DNA of 64,000 nt from Parachlamydiales bacterium (GTDB lineage Bacteria > Chlamydiota > Chlamydiia > Chlamydiales > JAJFMK01): the NCBI GenBank assembly GCA_963765145.1, contig CAVXVG010000026.1, positions 96,001 through 160,000 of the forward strand, read 5' to 3'. Numbering within the stretch: position 1 is the first letter of the stretch; every line of letters starts with the position of its first letter. The notes under the pieces were generated by a model that was not told the DNA's origin, made no database searches, and saw only the letters and a list, made by a program, of their open reading frames with translations. The position numbers and the translations under genes were made by a program. This document shows positions 20,631 to 31,531 of this stretch, piece by piece.

Positions 20631-21779
20631 TTATTTTGCGAATATCAGACTGAGAAGGAAAACGATGAAGGTGGGGGTTTTTACCCACTTGAAGCCGGTC
20701 AGCTTGTATAGCATGTTAAAAATGGCAAGGGTGATAAGGGCAGGATAAAAAACCATCAGGATGGGGGCCAAAAAGGCCATGATCCCTGTGAACTCCAGAG
20801 TCGAAAAGAAGTAACTGATCAGAAGCGTGACAATAAGGCAGGCGCCAAAGCTAACTTTATCAAACAAAAGTTCTTTCTGTAAAAAATCGGCAAAAACAGC
20901 TGATAGGGCAATAGCTGTCGTTAAACAGGCTAAAGCCACTGCAACGCAGGCAATGATGCCGGCAAATGGACCCAGAATTTCAATAGCTAAAGCCCCAAGA
21001 TAGGCCTCAGGCTTTGTTTGGCTTAAAACGGAAGGCCAATGGGAGGCCACCATGCCAAGTCCAATGTAAACAAGGCTTAAAGCTAATCCGCCGATGAGGC
21101 TTGCTTTCAGTGATTCTTTCACAATCGCTTTAGGTTCAGCTTCACTTTGTTTTGTCGCGTTCATTGCTATGGCGGAAACAATGATTGCAGAGAAGAACGG
21201 GGTGGCTAAAAGGTCCATCGTTTGATACCCCTCGTTCAGACCTGCGACAAAGGCGTGCCCTGCAGTTAAAGTAGAGGGGGAAGAGACGCCTGTGATGACC
21301 CCTTTGACGATGATAATAACAAGTGAAAGCAAAAGGAGGGGGGTTAAAACAGTGCCGATTAGTTCAATGATCTTGTTTTTTCTTACTGTCAGTAAGTAGA
21401 TCAGGATGCAAGAAAAGAAGCTAAAAAGAGGGAGCGACAAGGTAGGGTAAAACATCTTGGTTGTCGCATAAGATAGAGTGATGGTTCGAGGAAGTGCCCC
21501 AAAAGGGCCGATCAATGCCAAGATAAGTACAGTTAAAATAAATCCCGGCCATTTGCCCAGCCGTCCAAAAAAAGCGTCATAATCACCGCCAAAAAGGACC
21601 ACAGAAATCAGCCCTAAAAAGGGGACGCCTACAGCTGTGACCAGCAGCCCTAAAATGCCCCAGAAATGGGCATCTTGTGCCAAATGTCCAACGGATAAGG
21701 GATAAACAACGTTGCCTGCCCCAAAAAACATGGCAAACATCGCAAGACCGGTCTTTAGCGTGTTCGATTTCAGTGTCAT
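20631..21779 (-). CDS. brnQ: Branched-chain amino acid transporter
   Basis: FAMFFGAGN, IGPFGALPRT, GYQTMDLLA, ACLTTAIAL. Confidence 0.93.
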   Translation of the reverse strand: MTLKSNTLKTGLAMFAMFFGAGNVVYPLSVGHLAQDAHFWGILGLLVTAVGVPFLGLISVVLFGGDYDAFFGRLGKWPGFILTVLILALIGPFGALPRTITLSYATTKMFYPTLSLPLFSFFSCILIYLLTVRKNKIIELIGTVLTPLLLLSLVIIIVKGVITGVSSPSTLTAGHAFVAGLNEGYQTMDLLATPFFSAIIVSAIAMNATKQSEAEPKAIVKESLKASLIGGLALSLVYIGLGMVASHWPSVLSQTKPEAYLGALAIEILGPFAGIIACVAVALACLTTAIALSAVFADFLQKELLFDKVSFGACLIVTLLISYFFSTLEFTGIMAFLAPILMVFYPALITLAIFNMLYKLTGFKWVKTPTFIVFLLSLIFAK

Positions 21780-21881
21780 AATTCATATCTTGTTGAAAAT
21801 CTCTTTAGAACTCAAATGATAAATTTATTTTGATTTAAGAGGGAGTCTGTTAAATTACTTGTATTTAAGCGGGTTCCATTA

Positions 21882-24369
21882 ATGTTTAACATTCCTTCTA
21901 AAAGTTTTTTTTACAAAGCTGCAGCCTATTATGGGACGCTATCTTTCGGCATAATTGTAGCAAAAAAACTTGAAGCGCCTTTTTTAAAAGCAATAGAAGT
22001 AGAAAAAGCTGCCCAAGCAGCAGCTCGAGCTAGGTTGCAAAATCGGACAGATGCTCAAAGTTATCGCCAACGAGATTATCATTGGATAACGGAAAAACTT
22101 TTATCTTTGCCATTAGTCCGAGTTGTTACTTATATTACCATATCTACTTTTGGCTTCGCAGAAACCGCGGAGTTTCCTAATGATTTAGATAAATTTTGGG
22201 AGAAGGGAGAACTCGGACCGCTCATCCAAGGATTGGAGAAACAGATGGAGTCTCCAGATGGCATTACTTGGAAGCCTAAAACAGGTCTCAAAAAAGCTCC
22301 TCCGCTTCCACGTTCGGTGACTCAAACCCCCAAGTTTTGTCTCGATTTGACCAAAGCAGCAGAAGATGGGATTTTGCTCCCTTTTGTTGGGCGAGAAACC
22401 GAATTTAGAAAAATAGCTGAGATTTTAGGATGCCAACAAAAGAATGGCCCCTATTTATTAGGGCCGCAAGGTGTTGGAAAAACTGCTATAGCAAAAGGGT
22501 TGGCTCAAAAAATTGTTTATCGTGGAGCTGATCTTCCCTCAATTTTTCAAGGGAAGAGAATATTTCTTCTCAAGTGGGAATTAATAACGGTCGAAGCAAG
22601 CCCCCTTAGTTCTGTAGCAGGCAGGCTTTCTTCCGTCCTTAAGGAGGCAAAAACCCATAAAGAAAAGATGATACTTTTTATCGACGATATCGGTGGTTTT
22701 TTCGATTTTAGACCTGGGCAAGAAGAGGTTAGTGCCCTCTTAAAGTCAGCATTAGCTGATGGATCTATTTACTGTATGGCTGCCGCAACCGCATCGGAAT
22801 ATGAAAAGCTTATTGTCGGTAGCAATATTTTAGAACGTAGCCCAGCTTTAGATCGTGGTCCTACGATAGAGATCGTTGAACCTAATGAAACAGAAATGTT
22901 AGAGATTTTACAAGCCTTCATTCCAACGTTAGAGGCGCACCATGGTGTGCAGATCACTTCGGAAGCTATTCATGAATGTATTAACTTATGTAGTCGTTAC
23001 CTAAAAACTGAAAGCTTTCCTGCAAAAGCAATTGATTTACTTGACCAAGCGGCTAGCAGGTTGAGCGCAGAAAAAAGGCCTTTCGAGGACCAGAAGGTAA
23101 AGCGCTATTCGATTTTCATTAAATTTTTGATCGACCTTAGAGGCCATGCCGCTGATCCCAGATTGTTCAACGAAAAGATCCAAGAACTTAGAAGAGGATT
23201 CCCGAACAGTCTAACTGGAGAGTTAATCCGTAGTGTAATGGCTGAAAAGGTCGAACTGCCTTTAGAAAAAATGAAGGGAAAAGAAAAAGATACCTTAATA
23301 AATCTTGAATCTTTGCTTTCAGAAAAGATCATAGGACAAAAAGGGCCTATCAAATCTTTGTCTGGAGCGATCCGACGCAACTCGAGTTAATCTGACAAAT
23401 CAAAATACCCCTGCAGGAGTGTTTTTGATGTTAGGGACAACAGGCGTGGGTAAAACAGCCAGTGTCCAAGCATTGGCTGAAATTCTTTATGGGTCAGCAG
23501 AGGCAATGCTTCAGCTAGATATGTCAGAGTACGTGGATAAATGGGCCTACACAAAGCTGATAGGTGTTTCTCAAGGATATGTTGGACAGGAGAAAGGGGG
23601 AAGATTGACCAACTGGCTGAAAAAGAGGCCCGCTTCGATTGTGCTCCTTGATGAAGTAGAAAAAGCGGCTCCAGAGGTTTTTGATCTTCTCTTACAAGTT
23701 TTTGATGCAGGTAGGATCACCGATGGGAATAACGAAACGATCAAGTGTACCGACACCATCTTCATCATGACCTCTAACTTAGGTGCTAAGGAGATCCAAA
23801 ATTTTTGGGAATCGAAAATGTTAGCAAAAACACCTCAAGGTGAAGAGAAGGTGAGGCAGCCCTTGGAAGGGTGGTATTCTAGATATGTTTATATTGGCAA
23901 AAAAATTCAAGGTATCTGGGCAACGTATATGCAAAAAAAACAGATTGAACCGGCCAAACATTACACTGAAGCTCATCTGCAGCTTGTCGTCGAACAAGAG
24001 CTTTCGAAATTTTTTAGACCTGAATTCATAGGCCGTATCCAAGAAATTGTGACATTTCTTCCCCTGACACCCGAAGAAATCGGCCAGGTAGCCGAACTAC
24101 AATGTCGCACATTGAAAAAATTGGTAGAGAGCAATATAAACTGTCCAGGTCTTAGTCTTGAATGGGATCAATCGTTGATTAATTTGTTAGTAAAACATGG
24201 ATACAATCCAGAGAAGGGGGCGCGACAGCTAGCTCATTGCATCACGAAGTATGTGACCACGCCAATCACAGAGATGATGCTTGGAGACAAAATCACGGCA
24301 AATAAGACGATCTATGTCTCAGCTGACGAACAGCGTGTTCTTTTCAAGATTAAAAAAATGGACGAATAG
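21882..24369 (+). CDS. ClpA/ClpB-like double AAA+ ATPase with atypical N-terminus, split by a 1-bp insertion near 23381
   Basis: GPQGVGKT, PAKAIDLLDQA, IIGQ; then GTTGVGKT, DMSEY, LLDEVEKA, FRPEFIGR, GARQL. Confidence 0.85.
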
Positions 24370-24443
24370 GTTTTCCCAATGCCGTCACGCCTCAGATGAT
24401 CACTAATATGGTTTTTCCTAATTACAAGAACCAATATGCAACA

Positions 24444-26180
24444 TCATGATGTTGTGAATCGTTCTAGAATGTTGCTGAGAAACTTTCGCTCTTCCTCATT
24501 GAGATCTGCTTGAGAAGAGGCCTCTTTAACGAGGTCGATAAATGTTTTTCCTTCGTTGTTTGGGATGAAGGGGGCAAAATCGGGCCGTGAGAAGATATGC
24601 TCAAACATAAAGGCTCTGGTCTCTTTCAGTCGATCGTCCTCTAAAATGAGATGAGCCAAGGTGTTCCCGTGCTGATCTTGCACGTTTGTGGCGAAGTCAT
24701 CTGATGAAAGCAGGGCCATCAAAAAGTCAGAGTCGCCTTGGTGAGAGGCTAGAAGTGTCCACGACGCACCTTGATAGATTGGGTGATCTTTATAGAGGTC
24801 ATACAGCAAGCTGAAACGTATTTTGTATGCCAGTCCCATCTGAAAGAGCTCTTTCATCTCATCATCCGTTGGTTTTAAGCCTTGTTCTTCTAGGAAGGAA
24901 ATGACCTCACGTGGAGCTCTCCAAAAAACAGCTTTTCCTAAGAAAGGGGGCGTTTTGAGGTCAACGCCAGCTTGTATTAGCTTTTTAAGGATTGTGATGG
25001 TGAGTTGAGGGTCCAAGCAAAGCTCAAAAAGTATGCTTTGTAAAAGAGTTGCCTCTTCTTTGGTGAAAGATTCCTTGTGCTTTATGAGTTCTCTTATCCA
25101 ATCATGATTGCGGTGTACAATGGCCAGCTCCAAGGGGCTTTCTGCGCGTGCTGAAGTGGTATATTCTTCCAAAGGATTTTGGTTCTGAGAATCCCAGATA
25201 AAACCGTCATGACTGATTCGAGGGGGTTTTCCAAAGGCGGTCAAAAAAGAGTTTTCGTTAAGTTCGTCCCACGTTTTTGATTGATCGTAAGCTTTAAATA
25301 TTTCGGAGTTTTGGTCGTCTTCGATGTTATGCGCTATTTCTTTACTTTCTTCTATCGAAAGAAAGGTTTTCAGTCCGGTGATGGTTTCTTGCTCTTCTTG
25401 ATCGGTAAAATTTCCCAAAGTCGGCTTTGGTGGTGAAAAGATCACAGGACTATTTTCTAAGTAGTGAAGATGGTGGATCATTTCATGTGCTAGGATGATT
25501 TTAGGAGGATAAAGATGATATGTTTTCTTAGAACCTCCAATGTAGGCCTTTGAGCCGTTCTCGTGGGCATCGGGTTGTTTGGCTGAAGAAAGATAATAGT
25601 GTTTTTTTTGGGTGAGGCTTATGATGTTGTCACCAACAAGATAGAAATCATGCTTACTGTCATCACATACTATTTTCAGAGCAATTTTATCTTTGTGATA
25701 GACAATCTTTTCAAGTAAGACCCTCCCAACCCTTCTTGTCAAAAGAGAGAGGATCATTTTAAGGACTTTCTTCTCAAACTCTTTATCGGAATTGTCGATT
25801 TTGATGAGCGAACGCCGCTTCTTGATCTTTTCATATAGACGAGAGGTTTTTTTAAAGTCCGATTCATAAATGCCGTTGAGAGGGAGTATGCCGGGTGTGC
25901 CATCTTTAAAAACAACAAGATCTGTCTCTTTAAAGGGAGAGTCGGCCGGAATGTCGATTATTGCGTTTCCCATTGTAGTCGCAAATAGAGCGTCTATTTC
26001 AGGGTGTTCCTGATGCTCAACATCTTCAACGTAAAGCCTAGAGTCGGGGGGAGGTGAGGTCTTGTCGAGGTTTCTTTTAGACAGCATCGGGATGACGCTC
26101 TCAGTTCTTCTTTTCTTACGGGGCGGAGGCAATGGGGTGTCTCCGGGCGTTTCGCCTGAGGAGACGCTACGAGTCTTCAT
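24444..26180 (-). CDS. Putative M91 (NleD-like) zinc metalloprotease with ankyrin-like C-terminus
   Basis: LAHEMIHHLH, EEQETITGL, NENSF; SPLELAI and DQHGNTLAHL are ankyrin-like; N-terminal PPRKKRR. Confidence 0.7.
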   Translation of the reverse strand: MKTRSVSSGETPGDTPLPPPRKKRRTESVIPMLSKRNLDKTSPPPDSRLYVEDVEHQEHPEIDALFATTMGNAIIDIPADSPFKETDLVVFKDGTPGILPLNGIYESDFKKTSRLYEKIKKRRSLIKIDNSDKEFEKKVLKMILSLLTRRVGRVLLEKIVYHKDKIALKIVCDDSKHDFYLVGDNIISLTQKKHYYLSSAKQPDAHENGSKAYIGGSKKTYHLYPPKIILAHEMIHHLHYLENSPVIFSPPKPTLGNFTDQEEQETITGLKTFLSIEESKEIAHNIEDDQNSEIFKAYDQSKTWDELNENSFLTAFGKPPRISHDGFIWDSQNQNPLEEYTTSARAESPLELAIVHRNHDWIRELIKHKESFTKEEATLLQSILFELCLDPQLTITILKKLIQAGVDLKTPPFLGKAVFWRAPREVISFLEEQGLKPTDDEMKELFQMGLAYKIRFSLLYDLYKDHPIYQGASWTLLASHQGDSDFLMALLSSDDFATNVQDQHGNTLAHLILEDDRLKETRAFMFEHIFSRPDFAPFIPNNEGKTFIDLVKEASSQADLNEEERKFLSNILERFTTS

Positions 26181-26355
26181 ATCCCAATTATCGCGCCTCG
26201 GATTCAAAAACTAGTAAAGGAAGCAATAAGGAAATGTGAACTCGACATTGTACATTTTTGAACTCATCCTTGGAGAGAAGCTTTCTCCAAGGCTTCGTCC
26301 AGAAATGTACAAAGTCGAGGTTGAAAAAGCTAGTGTGTGGTACACTCCTCCTATT

Positions 26356-27060
26356 ATGGCTTCGAAACAACCAAAAATTTTCCCCTCCATTTTGGCGGCA
26401 GATTTTGCCTATATTGCCGATGAAGTGAAGAAGGCTCAAGATGCCGGAGTCGATGGAATCCACATCGACGTCATGGATGGCCTTTTTGTCCCCAACCTTT
26501 CAATGGGGCCGGCTATGTGCTCTGCCATTAATAGGCACACCGAACTTTTTCTCGACGTTCACCTGATGATCTACAATGCGTATGATTTTGTAGAGCGGTT
26601 TGTCCAAGCTGGCGCTGATAGAATCACGTTCCACATGGAAGCAACCGAAGATGTAGACGAAACGATCGATTACATCAAAAAGTGCAATGTTCGGGCAGGT
26701 CTTGCCATTAATCCAGAGACTTCCGCTTCGCTTCTTTTGCCTTATCTAGACAAAGTCGACTCTATCTTGTTAATGACTGTGTCGCCAGGTTTTGGTGGGC
26801 AGGCATTTGAAAGTGATGTTCTTGAAAAAATTACATTTATCAGGTCAGCCATCGATGCACGTGGCATTACTTTGATGGACAGAGAAACCGGACGACCCCT
26901 TGGCCCTCTTCCTATAGAAGTAGATGGCGGAATAGATCCAAACACAGCTAAACTTGCCCTTGATGCAGGGGCAACTGAATTTGTAGCGGGTACCTCCCTC
27001 TATGGAGCAAAAGATTTCAACTTGGCCCTGCAAAACATGCGCAAGGCCCTTACCCATTAG
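26356..27060 (+). CDS. rpe: Ribulose-phosphate 3-epimerase
   Basis: PSILAADF, HIDVMDGLFVPN, DVHLM, MTVSPGFGGQ, VDGGI. Confidence 0.96.
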   Translation: MASKQPKIFPSILAADFAYIADEVKKAQDAGVDGIHIDVMDGLFVPNLSMGPAMCSAINRHTELFLDVHLMIYNAYDFVERFVQAGADRITFHMEATEDVDETIDYIKKCNVRAGLAINPETSASLLLPYLDKVDSILLMTVSPGFGGQAFESDVLEKITFIRSAIDARGITLMDRETGRPLGPLPIEVDGGIDPNTAKLALDAGATEFVAGTSLYGAKDFNLALQNMRKALTH

Positions 27061-27068
27061 GAAAAACC

Positions 27069-27620
27069 ATGGTACTTAGCGATCAGATCACACCTGGAAT
27101 GACTCTTTCGATCAGTGGAAAGCTATATCGTGTCGAAACGTGCACCAAAGTTACGGTTCCAAAAGGTGCGCCCTTTATTAAGACAAAGCTGAAAGAGCTG
27201 AGCACGCATAAAACGCTTGAGAAAAACTTTAAGTTGAACCAGTCGGTTGACGATGTGGCTTTGAAGGAACGTCTACTAGAGTTTTTGTATTTAGAGGGAG
27301 ACCAATATCTCTTTTTAGATATTGGTTCGCTTGACCAACATTTGGTTCCTGTCGATGTTGTGGGGTCAAAAGTTCACTATTTAAAAGAGGGGACTGAAGT
27401 TAAAGGGTTCTTCTTTCAGGACGAAGTTTCTTCACTTGAGCTACCTCAGTTTCTCGAGCTAATGATTTCAAAGATCGAAGATAAAGGGCAGAGCAAAGCT
27501 AATGAAACACGCGTTGCATTCTTAGAAACCGGTGCAAAAATCGAAGTGCCTCCTTTCATTGAAGTGGGCGATATCATCAAGATTGATACAAAAACAGAAG
27601 AGTACATCCAGCGGGTATAA
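27069..27620 (+). CDS. efp: Elongation factor P, chlamydial paralog with non-canonical loop
   Basis: LETGAKIEVPPFIEVGDIIKIDT; loop reads VPKG instead of PGKG; precedes accB. Confidence 0.9.
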   Translation: MVLSDQITPGMTLSISGKLYRVETCTKVTVPKGAPFIKTKLKELSTHKTLEKNFKLNQSVDDVALKERLLEFLYLEGDQYLFLDIGSLDQHLVPVDVVGSKVHYLKEGTEVKGFFFQDEVSSLELPQFLELMISKIEDKGQSKANETRVAFLETGAKIEVPPFIEVGDIIKIDTKTEEYIQRV

Positions 27621-27623
27621 TTG

Positions 27624-28118
27624 ATGGACAGCAAAGAGATAGAAAAATTAATGGTCGCTATGCAAAAGCATGGCACCAAACGGCTCGTGATTAAAAAAGA
27701 AGGGGTCGAAATCGAGTTGGAGAGAGAAGAGAAAAATCAATTCTCAGGCTCGCTTCCAAGCGATCTTTTGCATGTCGCGGCAATGAAAGTTGTCGAAGAA
27801 AGACAGCGCGGCATGATCGACTTTCCAAGGGCTGAAGGATCAATCGCTCAGTTGCCACAAAACACCCCTCCTGTGGTTGTAGAGGGCACTTTTGTCAACT
27901 CTCCGATGGTAGGTACTTTCTATCGCGCTTCTTCACCGCAAGACCCGGCTTACGTAAAAGTTGGGGACAAAGTAGAACCGGGCACAATTGTTTGCATCAT
28001 TGAAGCGATGAAAGTGATGAACGAGATCAAGGCAGGTGTTTCTGGCACTGTGCAAGAAGTTCTCCAAGAAAATGGTAACCCAGTCGAATTTGGCTCTAAA
28101 CTGATACGCGTTTCATGA
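27624..28118 (+). CDS. accB: Acetyl-CoA carboxylase biotin carboxyl carrier protein
   Basis: SPMVGTFY, EAMKVMNEI. Confidence 0.97.
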   Translation: MDSKEIEKLMVAMQKHGTKRLVIKKEGVEIELEREEKNQFSGSLPSDLLHVAAMKVVEERQRGMIDFPRAEGSIAQLPQNTPPVVVEGTFVNSPMVGTFYRASSPQDPAYVKVGDKVEPGTIVCIIEAMKVMNEIKAGVSGTVQEVLQENGNPVEFGSKLIRVS

Positions 28119-29482
28119 AAAAAGTTCTTATAGCAAACAGGGGCGAGATCGCTGTCCGAATCATCCGTGCTTGTCACGATATGGGAATCAGCACTGTGGC
28201 TGTCTATTCGACGGCTGACGAGCAAGCTTTGCATGTGATGGAAGCAGATGAGGCTATCTGTATAGGAGAGGCCCCTTCAGCCCGCTCTTACTTACGCATT
28301 CCTCACATTTTGTCTGCTTGCGAAATCACTGGTGCAGACGCCATCCATCCCGGCTTTGGTTTCTTGAGTGAAAACGCCAATTTTGCCTCGATCTGCGAAA
28401 GCTCCGGCATTAACTTTATCGGACCTTCGAGCGATGCCATCAATTTGCTGGGGGATAAATCAAAAGCCAAAGAAACGGCAAAAAAAGCTGGATGTCCCAT
28501 CATTACAGGTTCTGATGGTATTGTAACCCAGTTTTCAGATGCCTTAGAAGTTGCAAAAGTGATTGGTTATCCTATCTTCATCAAAGCTGTTGCAGGCGGT
28601 GGTGGTAAGGGGATCAGAATTGCCCAAAATGAAGAAGATTTTGCAAAACAATTTTCAGCCGCGCGGGCAGAAGCAGAGGCTTCTTTTGGCAACCCAGAAG
28701 TGTATCTGGAAAAAATGATTGTAAATCCTCGGCATGTTGAGGTTCAAGTCATCGGCGATAAGCAGGGGAATGTAGTTCATCTTTACGAGAGAGACTGCAC
28801 CACGCAACGAAGAAGACAAAAACTGATCGAAGAGACACCAAGCCCTGCGTTGACTCCGGAGCTTAGAAAAAGCATCTGCGAAGCGGCCGTAAGGGTAGTA
28901 AAAGAGGCTGGTTATTACTCAGCAGGAACTGTTGAATTTTTGCTCGATGAGAAGAAGAATTTCTACTTCATGGAAGTCAACACCAGGATTCAGGTTGAAC
29001 ACACAGTGACAGAAGAGCTAACGGGCGTAGATCTTGTAAGAGAACAGATCTCGATTGCCCAAGGCAATACCCTTTCTTTTACCCAAAAAGATATTCAACC
29101 CCGTGGCCACATCATCCAATTCCGTGTGAATGCAGAGAATCCGGCAACTAATTTTTCTCCATCACCTGGGAAATTGGAATATTATTTGCCTCCGGGTGGC
29201 CCTCACGTCCGTGTCGATAGCGCTTGCTATTCCGGTTATGTGATCCCTCCTAACTATGACTCGATGATTGCAAAGCTTATTGTCCGCGGAAAAGACCGTA
29301 AAGAGGCGATGAGAGTAGGAAAGCGAGCATTGCGCGAATTTCATATTGGGGGAGTCCATTCGACTATACCGTTCCACCAATACATGTTGGAAGACCCAAA
29401 CTTTATCAGCGGCAATTTCAATCTACTTTATATTGACGACCTGATCCACAAGGGTTGCAAGTTCGAGCTAGAATCTAAATAG
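28115..29482 (+). CDS. accC: Biotin carboxylase
   Basis: ANRGEIAVR, GGGGKG, EVNTRIQVEH, YDSMIAK. Confidence 0.98.
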   Translation: MKKVLIANRGEIAVRIIRACHDMGISTVAVYSTADEQALHVMEADEAICIGEAPSARSYLRIPHILSACEITGADAIHPGFGFLSENANFASICESSGINFIGPSSDAINLLGDKSKAKETAKKAGCPIITGSDGIVTQFSDALEVAKVIGYPIFIKAVAGGGGKGIRIAQNEEDFAKQFSAARAEAEASFGNPEVYLEKMIVNPRHVEVQVIGDKQGNVVHLYERDCTTQRRRQKLIEETPSPALTPELRKSICEAAVRVVKEAGYYSAGTVEFLLDEKKNFYFMEVNTRIQVEHTVTEELTGVDLVREQISIAQGNTLSFTQKDIQPRGHIIQFRVNAENPATNFSPSPGKLEYYLPPGGPHVRVDSACYSGYVIPPNYDSMIAKLIVRGKDRKEAMRVGKRALREFHIGGVHSTIPFHQYMLEDPNFISGNFNLLYIDDLIHKGCKFELESK

Positions 29483-29493
29483 ACCTGAAATCA

Positions 29494-29798
29494 TTGCCAC
29501 GGGTTAAAACCCGTGGTAACAAGCTCGGATTAAAGAGCCATTTGCAAAAATCAGTCTTAGCTCAAAATAGACTTGTATGCATTGCATTAACCTAAGGAAA
29601 AGCTCCCTATAAAAATAACAGGATGAACAGGATGAACTCTGCCTCGCCTTATCGTTTTGTAAACAGAAAATTATTTTAATTGGCGAAGCTTATCCTGTTC
29701 ATCTTGTTCATCCTGTTATTTTTATATTTTAACCAAAAGCCCTCAGGTAGGTGTTAAGAGCTTTATTAGCTAATCGCTGAGTTCCATTCTGAGCTAAA
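29494..29798. repeat. Partial family C palindrome plus family B copy 2 containing family D
   Basis: ccacgggttaaaacccgtgg core; TAAA then gagccatttgcaaaaatcag at 29535; interior flanks match the reverse complement of 3390-3710; right IR lost. Confidence 0.8.
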
Positions 29799-29819
29799 GA
29801 TCATGCGTTTGGAGTTGTG

Positions 29820-31334
29820 TTAACTAAACGAACTCTTATCAATATGTCGCATGATGTGCTCGTAGAAGTGGTAGATAGTCTTTGCGGACATCCGATTTTT
29901 TGGGTCAGTTTTTAGCATCCCATTTAAAAGAGTAAATACGTCATTGGATAGCTCTGTGTTTACCCCGAAAGTGTCATAAATTGTTTCTTGTAGCTTAAGA
30001 GGATCTACGCTAACCAGCCAACCCTCTTTGGTATAGTCCACGCAGCCACGTTCAAAAGCGGATCCTAATACAGCAACTCCAAAGGTTTTCCCCATTTGCA
30101 TCACTTGCATCTTTGCAATATGGGCCCTCATCTCAGTATATTTTATATTAAAGTAACCTAAGCCACCCGAAGGTATGCGACCTTCAGCTATGATTTCTAA
30201 ATTAGGCAAAATATAATTTAAATGGTCTCGCAGTTCTAAGGCTTCGTTAAGAGTTTGATATCTAGGTGTATATACAAACTTTGCCTTTAATCCAAGCTCT
30301 TGAGCGAGAATTTTTTGGGCCATTGTTTGTCTCTCTAATGAATTTAACAACGCAATATCTGGAAAAATACGGACTTTTCCAAAGTCGGCAAGGGCCGCTG
30401 CAAGGGCTCCGATTGCTATTTCCTCAACTAAAATATTGGGTGGTTTAATATCTGTATGTGCAACACCTAATCTTTCACATTCTACAAGGGCTTGCATTGG
30501 TCCTTGCATGAGTTTTAGGGTTTCTAGAGGTGGCAAATGTGTTTTAGATAAGTCAGTCCTCTCATAATATTTTATGATTTGTTCATTGTCGCCGGTTGTT
30601 TTTGGGGGTTTTGGAAAACCCTTTGGAACTTTGCCACCATTTAATTCTATTGCCCAGGTAATCGTAGGGACATCATCAGTAGCATCTCCGCCTGGCTTAT
30701 GAGAAAATTTATAGATGGCTTCCTTACTTTTATATTTAGGGCCGGTAGCGGTAGTCCCGAAAACCTCCTGCCGAATGAGTTTTGCAGTATTAAAGGCCCC
30801 TTGACCTACAATGACGCCTTGAGAAAGATGAAAAACTTCGAGTTTCTCGTAGCCCTTTTTATCGGTCTTGCTAATGACGATAAGTCCTTCACCTTTAAAC
30901 CTTTCTTTGCCGGCAAGTAAAGCTTTGGCCGCATACCTTCTCAATTTGGTGTCTGCTCCTTGGTGAGCGTCCTTTACAAGGAGATCTGTCGCCTTTTTCT
31001 TCATGTCAGGAGTGATGATATGGGGTTTTGAAAGAAGATAGGTAAGCACACCATCTTTCCCAACTCTTTTGTACGCTTCAAGTAATTCAATACCTAGTTT
31101 GTCGTCACTATTTAAAAACAAAGAGTGTGTTGCAGAACCTTCTGTTCGCGACAGAGCTTCATGTTCAGCAAATGTACGGAACAAATAGTTAACTTTTCCA
31201 AAAATTCCTGAGCTTGCGTCATGCTTTGTGTGGGTAACATTGATTCCGAGCGATTGTAAGTCTCGAACATCTTTCTCAATACTGACATGTTCTCTCTCGT
31301 GTCTTCCTAAACTTCCGGCACTGCTGCTTGCCAT
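29820..31334 (-). CDS. Eukaryote-like Ser/Thr protein kinase, probable effector
   Basis: GQGAFN, AIYK, HTDIKPPNIL, DFG, MLKTDPKNR. Confidence 0.85.
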   Translation of the reverse strand: MASSSAGSLGRHEREHVSIEKDVRDLQSLGINVTHTKHDASSGIFGKVNYLFRTFAEHEALSRTEGSATHSLFLNSDDKLGIELLEAYKRVGKDGVLTYLLSKPHIITPDMKKKATDLLVKDAHQGADTKLRRYAAKALLAGKERFKGEGLIVISKTDKKGYEKLEVFHLSQGVIVGQGAFNTAKLIRQEVFGTTATGPKYKSKEAIYKFSHKPGGDATDDVPTITWAIELNGGKVPKGFPKPPKTTGDNEQIIKYYERTDLSKTHLPPLETLKLMQGPMQALVECERLGVAHTDIKPPNILVEEIAIGALAAALADFGKVRIFPDIALLNSLERQTMAQKILAQELGLKAKFVYTPRYQTLNEALELRDHLNYILPNLEIIAEGRIPSGGLGYFNIKYTEMRAHIAKMQVMQMGKTFGVAVLGSAFERGCVDYTKEGWLVSVDPLKLQETIYDTFGVNTELSNDVFTLLNGMLKTDPKNRMSAKTIYHFYEHIMRHIDKSSFS

Positions 31335-31436
31335 GACAAAACCGCCTTCTTTTACCTCACTTTTATTTATGGCATACCTCTATAAAGATATTAAAAATCC
31401 CTATGCGAAGCGTTGGTATTAAACGGCCTGTTGCAC

Positions 31437-31531
31437 CGCGAAGCGTTTGGAGTGCTCTACGCCCGTTTAGCTTTCACTTTCACTGATAAGTCAAAGCTAA
31501 ACGGGCTCAGGAGCACTCCAAACGCTTCGCG
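31437..31531. repeat. Family A palindrome
   Basis: gcgtttggagtgct ... cactttcactgataagtc ... agcactccaaacgc. Confidence 0.9.

Noticed and set aside
27069..27620. Non-canonical EF-P loop as a novelty
   Set aside because: A divergent EF-P paralog next to accB is a known chlamydial feature
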